NCBI GenBank assembly: GCA_003166335.1
Contig: PMWA01000097.1
Span: forward strand, 1 to 14,167
Origin: Methanobacterium sp.
GTDB taxonomy: Archaea > Methanobacteriota > Methanobacteria > Methanobacteriales > Methanobacteriaceae
Direction: 5' to 3'
Length of the DNA: 14,167 bases
This document shows, piece after piece, positions 9,163 to 14,167 of the stretch. Within the stretch, counting starts at the first letter, position 1. The number at the start of each line of letters is the position of its first letter. Both the position numbers and the translations under genes were made by a program. The notes under the pieces were generated by a model. That model was not told the origin of the DNA and did no database searches. It saw nothing but the letters and a program-made list of their open reading frames with translations.

Positions 9163-9688
9163 AATAAAATTACCTTATTTTATTTGATGGGTATAACCCA
9201 TGTTAAATAAGTGGCAATAACTAATAATATAAAGGAGTATTCAGCTTACTATTAGGCTTTTAAACATTTCAAAACTTGTTTATTAAAAGAGCAACCACTA
9301 TAATATCTTTTAAAATAACAAATTGACATGAATATTTAATGCTGTTTCTAAAGGAGTTGTATAATTGAAGTGATTGAAATAAATTAGAGATAATCTTATA
9401 AATATTATTGGCGCGGCAATGGCCTAATAATTAAAGTTTATTTATTGAAGTGATTTTTATTACAATACCCTTACAGTCGCCAAAGAACCCATCCTACGAA
9501 AGCGAAAATCTAAATTTATAATACCATTTAATATAGCAAAACTTGCGATTAAAATACACTCCATTCCTTTAAACATTAGTTATTTTTTTAGGAAAATATT
9601 TTAGGTGTATTTTAATTTGAAAATAAGTTCAGTTGTTATACTATTCAGGATTTTAATTATTTATTTTCTATAATTTTTTTAAATAATG

Positions 9689-9709
9689 ATTATTATTATT
9701 ATTATTATT
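9689..9709. repeat. (ATT)7 microsatellite
   Basis: Seven tandem ATT units just downstream of the padR stop. Confidence 0.8.
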
Positions 9710-9713
9710 AAAT

Positions 9714-10010
9714 TTATTTACAGAAATCAGACATTTCCTTTACATCATAAAAGATTTGGCAGAAAAATTTGCAGGCAGATTTCAGTTCTTTTTGACCGGA
9801 ATCGGTTAAAGAATAAACTTTCTGATCATTAACTGTAATTAATCCTACATTTTTAAGTTCTTTTAGCGCAGGATAAATGGTACCGGGGCTAGGTTTTGTT
9901 CCTCTTCGTTTTTCCAATTCTCTACCGATTTGAGCTCCATTTAAGTTTTTTTTGTATAAAATCCAGAGAATTAAATAGGAAAGATAACCCTTCATGTCAC
10001 AGCATTTCAT
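9714..10010 (-). CDS. PadR family transcriptional regulator with Cys-rich termini
   Basis: 'GYLSYLILWIL', 'NGAQIGRELEKR', 'PSPGTIYPALKEL', 'VYSLTDSGQKEL' PadR winged-HTH signature; Cys at 3, 4, 80, 84 and 97. Confidence 0.9.
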   Translation of the reverse strand: MKCCDMKGYLSYLILWILYKKNLNGAQIGRELEKRRGTKPSPGTIYPALKELKNVGLITVNDQKVYSLTDSGQKELKSACKFFCQIFYDVKEMSDFCK

Positions 10011-10044
10011 GTTTCATTTTATTGATACTCATCATTAAAAAATA

Positions 10045-10104
10045 TATTTGTTATCCAATATTGGTTAACCGATAATTATAAATAATAATATCGGATAACC
10101 AATA
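10045..10104. promoter_or_regulatory. Divergent promoter with three 16-bp palindromic operator sites around a TATA box
   Basis: TATTTGTTATCCAATA (10045-10060), TATTGGTTAACCGATA (10059-10074), TATCGGATAACCAATA (10089-10104); TATA-like TTATAAATA (10076-10084) lies between sites 2 and 3. Confidence 0.8.
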
Positions 10105-10133
10105 ATGTGAAACAGATCAGGAGGTGAAACAAT

Positions 10134-10226
10134 ATGCAAGCCCAATTTGACCTACAACACTTCTGTTGCGGCCCTAATGGTTGTGAAATAGAAGTAGCTT
10201 ACGGAGAAATGATTGATGCTGAATAA
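10134..10226 (+). CDS. Unannotated Cys-rich microprotein MQAQFDLQHFCCGPNGCEIEVAYGEMIDAE (30 aa); in-frame extension to 10265 ends in GCC
   Basis: Ideal RBS AGGAGGTGA (10119-10127) 6 nt before the ATG; own TATA box and operators; oligo-T terminator at 10277-10289. Confidence 0.75.
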   Translation: MQAQFDLQHFCCGPNGCEIEVAYGEMIDAE

Positions 10227-10276
10227 AAGGGAAAGAGAAATCTGAAGAATCAAGGATGCTGTTGAATGCATTCTTA

Positions 10277-10289
10277 TTTTTTTCTTTTT
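10277..10289 (+). terminator. Oligo-T archaeal terminator
   Basis: TTTTTTTCTTTTT directly after the TGA at 10263-10265. Confidence 0.5.
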
Positions 10290-10483
10290 GGAATTAATTT
10301 TTTTTCACAATTTTTTCAATAATTTGTGAAGATTATCACAATTTTTTGATATTATACAAAAATTTATAAATGATAATAGACTTAATTGTATTAAGGTAAA
10401 ATAAGATGTATAAGACTTATTTTAATTTAAATTTATAACATTTTTTTTAAAAAAATCACATTAAAAAAATAACGGGAGGAAAT

Positions 10484-10588
10484 ATGAATAAATTTGAAAA
10501 AGATGGTTTAATAGTAACCTCTACCATGCTATTAATCCTTATTTTCTGCAGTTTCCTCACATTTATTGCATTAAAAACAGGATTCTAA
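10484..10588 (+). CDS. Unannotated single-pass membrane microprotein (34 aa) MNKFEKDGLIVTSTMLLILIFCSFLTFIALKTGF
   Basis: GGGAGG RBS (10474-10479); one ~22-aa hydrophobic helix flanked by charged residues; T-tracts downstream. Confidence 0.65.
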   Translation: MNKFEKDGLIVTSTMLLILIFCSFLTFIALKTGF

Positions 10589-10665
10589 AAAAAAATATTT
10601 TTTTCTTAAAAATTTATTTTTTTTTATTCTAATTATTCTAGATATTATTAGTCAGGTGAAAAAAT

Positions 10666-10815
10666 ATGGAAGAAGTTTGTGAGGTGTGTGGTGACATTTG
10701 TTATCCCAAAGGATATAATTGGGAAGGTAACATCCTTTGTCTAGATTGCTTCTTCTATTATTCAAATAGATATATAATTGATGAGCCAGCATCAACAATT
10801 GAAGAAGGAAAATGA
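10666..10815 (+). CDS. Unannotated one-domain zinc-finger microprotein (49 aa) MEEVCEVCGDICYPKGYNWEGNILCLDCFFYYSNRYIIDEPASTIEEGK
   Basis: AGGTGA RBS (10654-10659); CxxCG and CxxC pairs with zinc-ribbon spacing. Confidence 0.8.
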   Translation: MEEVCEVCGDICYPKGYNWEGNILCLDCFFYYSNRYIIDEPASTIEEGK

Positions 10816-10933
10816 ATAAAAATATTAATATGAATATTAAAAACAATTTATTTCATAGAAAAATAATCTTTCAATTTTAGTATTAAATATTTTTATTTAA
10901 AATCTCTGATTATAATTAATATAACTCTTTTTT

Positions 10934-11172
10934 TTAAGACTGAGCATTATATCGTTTCCTGAAAATTCCATCATCCCTCTTTAAAAGAGAATTCCAGGTT
11001 CCATCTTCTTTAATAATACCATCCTCTATTAAGTAAATATAATCAGCCTTTCGTATGGTGGAGAGGTGGTGAGCTATCATAAAATTGTGATTTCACCATG
11101 TAATTCTTCTATTGCATCGAGTATGTGTTTCTCATTCACTGAATCTAAATTACTAGTAGCTTCAATAATAAA
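10934..11172 (-). pseudogene. C-terminal remnant of an ABC transporter ATP-binding domain (MsbA-like fused exporter type)
   Basis: 'IIEATSNLDSVNEKHILDAIEELHGEITIL' (degenerate Walker B and D-loop), then a frameshift at ~11080 into 'MIAHHLSTIRKADYIYLIEDGIIKEDGTWNSLLKRDDGIFRKRYNAQS*' (H-switch). No Walker A, signature motif or TM part present. Confidence 0.9.
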
Positions 11173-11203
11173 AGAATTTAACAAACAAGTTAAGTTTATT
11201 TTT

Positions 11204-12421
11204 TTAAATATATTTAGAAATAGTGAAACTGAATGTTGATCCATTCCCAAGTTTTGAATCAACCCATATATCACCACCATGACGTTCCACTATCTTTTCA
11301 CATATCGAAAGTCCAATACCCGTGCCAGGATATGAATCTCTCTCATGTAAACGTTGGAAAACCCGGAATATTCTCTCATTATGTTGTGAGTCTATTCCAA
11401 TACCATTATCAATCACTCGGAAAATCCATTCATCCTCCCCTTCTTCAACTGCAATGTGAATTTCAGGAGTTTCATTGCTCCTGAATTTAATAGCATTACC
11501 TATTAAATTTTGGAAAAGTTGAATAATTTGAGATTGATCCGCCACAATGGTGGGAAGAGAATCACATGTTATTCGTGCATCGTTATCATCTATTGATACT
11601 TTCAAGTTCTGTAAACTCTCATTAAAAGCTTTTTCTAGGTCAACTAATTGAAATTCTTCAACTCTACTTGAAACTCTTGAATAAGCTAACAGATCATTAA
11701 TTAACATTTGCATACGCTGAGCACCATCTACAGCATATTTAATGAATTCATCAGCATCAGAGTCAAGTTGTCCTTTATACTTCTTAGCTAATAATTGAGT
11801 GAAACTGGAAACCATTCTTAAAGGTTCCTGCAGGTCATGAGATGCTACATAAGCAAACTGCTGCAATTCTTTATTAGAACGTTTTAATTCCGTTAAATAC
11901 TTTTCTAGTGTCACTTCTGTCTTCTTGTGATCCTCAATTTCAATTTTTAATCTTTTATTAGCGTTATCTAGTTCTATGGTACGTTTTTCTACTTGCTCTT
12001 CTAAATTATCACGATATTTTTGAAGTTCTAATTGCACTTTCTTACGTTCAATGGAATATTTAATGGAACGCTCTAAAAGATCCGGGTCCACCATTCCTTT
12101 AGTTAAATAATCCTGTGCACCTTTTTTTACAGCATTTATTCCAATATTTTCATCATTTAAACCTGTTAAAATTATAATAGGAGTTTCAGAGCTTTCCTTC
12201 TGTACATTAAGAAAAGTATTGATGCCATCACTATCAGGTAATCCTAAATCTAATAAAATTATATCATAAGAATCGTTTTTAAGAAGATTTATCCCTTCTT
12301 CCATAGTTTCGGTAATTTTTAATCCATATGAATAATTAATGGAATCATTAACCATTTCTTCAATTAAACCCGCATCTCCCGGATTATCCTCAAACAGTAA
12401 TATTTTAATAATTTTAACCAT
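11204..12421 (-). CDS. Hybrid receiver-histidine kinase (REC-HisKA-HATPase, COG4251-type kinase core)
   Basis: REC 'ILLFEDN...DIILLDLGLPDSDG...GAQDYLTK'; H-box 'YVASHDLQEPLR'; N-box 'FQNLIGNAIKF'; G-boxes 'DNGIGI' and 'GTGIGL'. Confidence 0.95.
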   Translation of the reverse strand: MVKIIKILLFEDNPGDAGLIEEMVNDSINYSYGLKITETMEEGINLLKNDSYDIILLDLGLPDSDGINTFLNVQKESSETPIIILTGLNDENIGINAVKKGAQDYLTKGMVDPDLLERSIKYSIERKKVQLELQKYRDNLEEQVEKRTIELDNANKRLKIEIEDHKKTEVTLEKYLTELKRSNKELQQFAYVASHDLQEPLRMVSSFTQLLAKKYKGQLDSDADEFIKYAVDGAQRMQMLINDLLAYSRVSSRVEEFQLVDLEKAFNESLQNLKVSIDDNDARITCDSLPTIVADQSQIIQLFQNLIGNAIKFRSNETPEIHIAVEEGEDEWIFRVIDNGIGIDSQHNERIFRVFQRLHERDSYPGTGIGLSICEKIVERHGGDIWVDSKLGNGSTFSFTISKYI

Positions 12422-12455
12422 AAGTTAAATCATTCCATTAAATTAAAATTTTACT

Positions 12456-12902
12456 TTATACTGATGGTAGTTTCACAACCTCTAACCAGAAACTCTCAAT
12501 AGATTTAATAACATTCATGAATTGATTGAAATCAACTGGTTTAGTAATATAGGAATTAGCATGAAGATCATAAGATTTCAATATATCCTCCTCAGCCTTA
12601 GAAGTCGTTAAAACCACAACAGGAATCTTTTTAAGATCATCATCTTCTTTCACTTCTTTAAGCACTTCACGTCCATCCATTCCAGGTAGATTCAAATCTA
12701 ATAATATTAAATCAGGTCGAGTAGCTTTGGCAAACTGTCCTTCGTTACGCAAGAACATCATTGCTTCTTCACCATCTTCTGCAACACTAAGATTATTATT
12801 AATTCTACCTTCTTGAAATACTTCTTCCACTAATCCAATATCGCCTTCATTATCTTCAACTAAAAGAATCTCAACTGGTCTACCATTCAATCCTCTTATC
12901 AT
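12456..12902 (-). CDS. Stand-alone response regulator (Rcp1-like receiver)
   Basis: 'EILLVEDNEGD', 'PDLILLDLNLPGMDG', 'IPVVVLTTS', 'ANSYITKPVDF'; AAGGAGG RBS. Confidence 0.95.
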   Translation of the reverse strand: MIRGLNGRPVEILLVEDNEGDIGLVEEVFQEGRINNNLSVAEDGEEAMMFLRNEGQFAKATRPDLILLDLNLPGMDGREVLKEVKEDDDLKKIPVVVLTTSKAEEDILKSYDLHANSYITKPVDFNQFMNVIKSIESFWLEVVKLPSV

Positions 12903-12919
12903 TTTACTTTAAACCTCCT

Positions 12920-14167
12920 TTAACCTGGTATGGTGAAATAAAATACTGAACCATTACCTAATTCAGATTCCACCCAAATATTTCCCCCATGTCGTTCAAT
13001 TATCTTTTTACAAATAGAAAGTCCTATTCCTGTCCCTGGATAATCTCTCCTCTTATGCAATCTTTTAAATACTTCAAAAATTCTATCTTTATGTTTAGGA
13101 TCAATTCCAATACCATTATCTTGCACTGAAAATAACCATTGATTAATTTCTCTCACAGCTGCAATATGAATTTTTGGATTATCTTCCCCTCTGAACTTTA
13201 TGGCATTACTAATTAAATTCTGAAATACTTGAGACAACTGAGTATCATCAGCCATTACTTTAGGTAAAGGATCATGCGTAATAACAGCATTATTCTCTTT
13301 TATCGAGATTTCTAAATTAATTAATACTTGATTATAAATAGATTCAACATCAGACATTTCTAATTCCTTAGCACGACTCGTTACTCTGGAAAATGCTAGA
13401 AGATCATTTATAATATTCTGCATACGAGCCGCGCCATCCACAGCAAAATGTATATATTTATCAGCTTTATCATCAAGCTGTCCCTCATACCTCCGCTCTA
13501 AAAGCTGTAAATAACTTCCAATCATTCTCAAAGGCTCCTGCAAGTCATGAGATGACACATAAGCAAATTGCTCAAGCTCCTCATTAGAACGGGCAAGTTC
13601 ATTAATATTCAATTTCAACATTTCTTCTGCCTTTTTACGTTCAGTTATGTCACGTGCAGCAGCAAAAACACCAATAACTCCACCATCATCATCATGATAA
13701 ACCGATGCATTATACAAAACCGGTGTTATCTGTCCATTTTTATGTTTAATTTCTAACTCATAATCTCGTACAAAACCTTCCCGGAATACTTTTTGATAAC
13801 CTTCTTTGGCTATCTCAGGCTCCGTGAAATAATCTGAGAAGTCTGTCCCTATAAGTTGCTTCCGACTATAACCAGTTACATCCTCAGTGGAATTGTTTAT
13901 ATCAGTAATTTTTCCATCAGGACCGATAGTTACTAATGGATCTAAACTAGCATCAATTAAACTACGATTATATTTAACTGCGAGTTTAAGTTCTCTTCCT
14001 GCTTTTTTGCGTTCTGTTATGTCTCGGGCGGCGGCGAATACGCCGATAACTTCGCCTTCTTCATCTCTATAAACAGATGCATTATACAAGACTGGAGTGT
14101 TATGTCCATTTTTATTCTGAATGTCAAGCGGATAATTACGTACAAATCCTTCCTGGAATACTTGTTT
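12920..14167 (-). CDS. Multi-PAS sensor histidine kinase (5' end lies outside the window)
   Basis: The frame stays open upstream of 14089 to the window edge (KQVFQEGFVRNYPLDIQNKNGHNTPVL). Tandem PAS/PAC repeats end in 'FAAARDITERKKA'; H-box 'YVSSHDLQEPLR' and HATPase motifs follow. Confidence 0.95.
   Translation of the reverse strand, partial: KQVFQEGFVRNYPLDIQNKNGHNTPVLYNASVYRDEEGEVIGVFAAARDITERKKAGRELKLAVKYNRSLIDASLDPLVTIGPDGKITDINNSTEDVTGYSRKQLIGTDFSDYFTEPEIAKEGYQKVFREGFVRDYELEIKHKNGQITPVLYNASVYHDDDGGVIGVFAAARDITERKKAEEMLKLNINELARSNEELEQFAYVSSHDLQEPLRMIGSYLQLLERRYEGQLDDKADKYIHFAVDGAARMQNIINDLLAFSRVTSRAKELEMSDVESIYNQVLINLEISIKENNAVITHDPLPKVMADDTQLSQVFQNLISNAIKFRGEDNPKIHIAAVREINQWLFSVQDNGIGIDPKHKDRIFEVFKRLHKRRDYPGTGIGLSICKKIIERHGGNIWVESELGNGSVFYFTIPG

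Noticed and set aside
9361..9460. CRISPR array (ATTGAAAT-like ends, repeated 12-mer) or riboswitch near GGCGCGGCAATGGCC
   Set aside because: Only two 12-nt matches, no 30-37-nt regularly spaced repeats, no cas genes, and no convincing riboswitch consensus.
10224..10265. Selenocysteine/pyrrolysine recoding in the Cys-rich microprotein
   Set aside because: The internal stop is TAA, which is not recoded. The TGA after Cys-Cys is followed by a T-rich terminator with no visible SECIS, and Methanobacteriales are not known Sec users.
10652..10846. 64-aa minus-strand ORF
   Set aside because: Antisense shadow of the plus-strand zinc-finger ORF 10666..10815, which has an RBS and a clear motif.
11077..11280. 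67-aa ORF as an independent gene
   Set aside because: Chimera of an off-frame overlap with the kinase 3' end and the ABC pseudogene fragment.
1360..14072. Overlapping ORFs 1360..1674, 1797..2015, 4112..4345, 7267..7701, 7711..7998, 8082..8414, 8583..8822, 11233..11484, 13568..13756 and 13887..14072
   Set aside because: Antisense or alternate-frame shadows of well-supported genes, with no recognisable motifs.
14087..14089. TTG at 14089 as start of the PAS kinase
   Set aside because: It lies in the middle of a PAS repeat, and the frame stays open to the window edge.

Overview
AT-rich archaeal DNA whose gene families (DUF4013, DUF2769, Big_5/SbsA Ig-like surface protein, PepSY exported protein, Wzy/DUF70 polymerase, GGTGA-type RBSs, TATA promoters, oligo-T terminators) point to a Methanobacterium-like methanogen (inference). 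Left part: accessory envelope and stress genes. Centre: an arsenic-resistance cluster (arsR, arsM, acr3; no arsC seen), flanked by a Cys-rich DUF2769 gene and a decayed copy of it. Right of acr3 is a module largely missing from the ORF track: a Cys-rich PadR regulator divergent from an unannotated Cys-rich microprotein (CCGPNGC, with an in-frame GCC-terminated extension behind one TAA). Three copies of a 16-bp palindromic operator lie between them, and two further unannotated small ORFs follow (a single-TM peptide and a CxxC/CxxC zinc-finger microprotein). Right end: an ABC-ATPase remnant and a PAS-HK / REC / REC-HK two-component operon that runs off the window. Several gene scars (second arsR, DUF2769 copy, ABC NBD, 1-nt insertion in the surface protein) suggest a heavily remodelled region. 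All family assignments come from motif recognition, not database searches.
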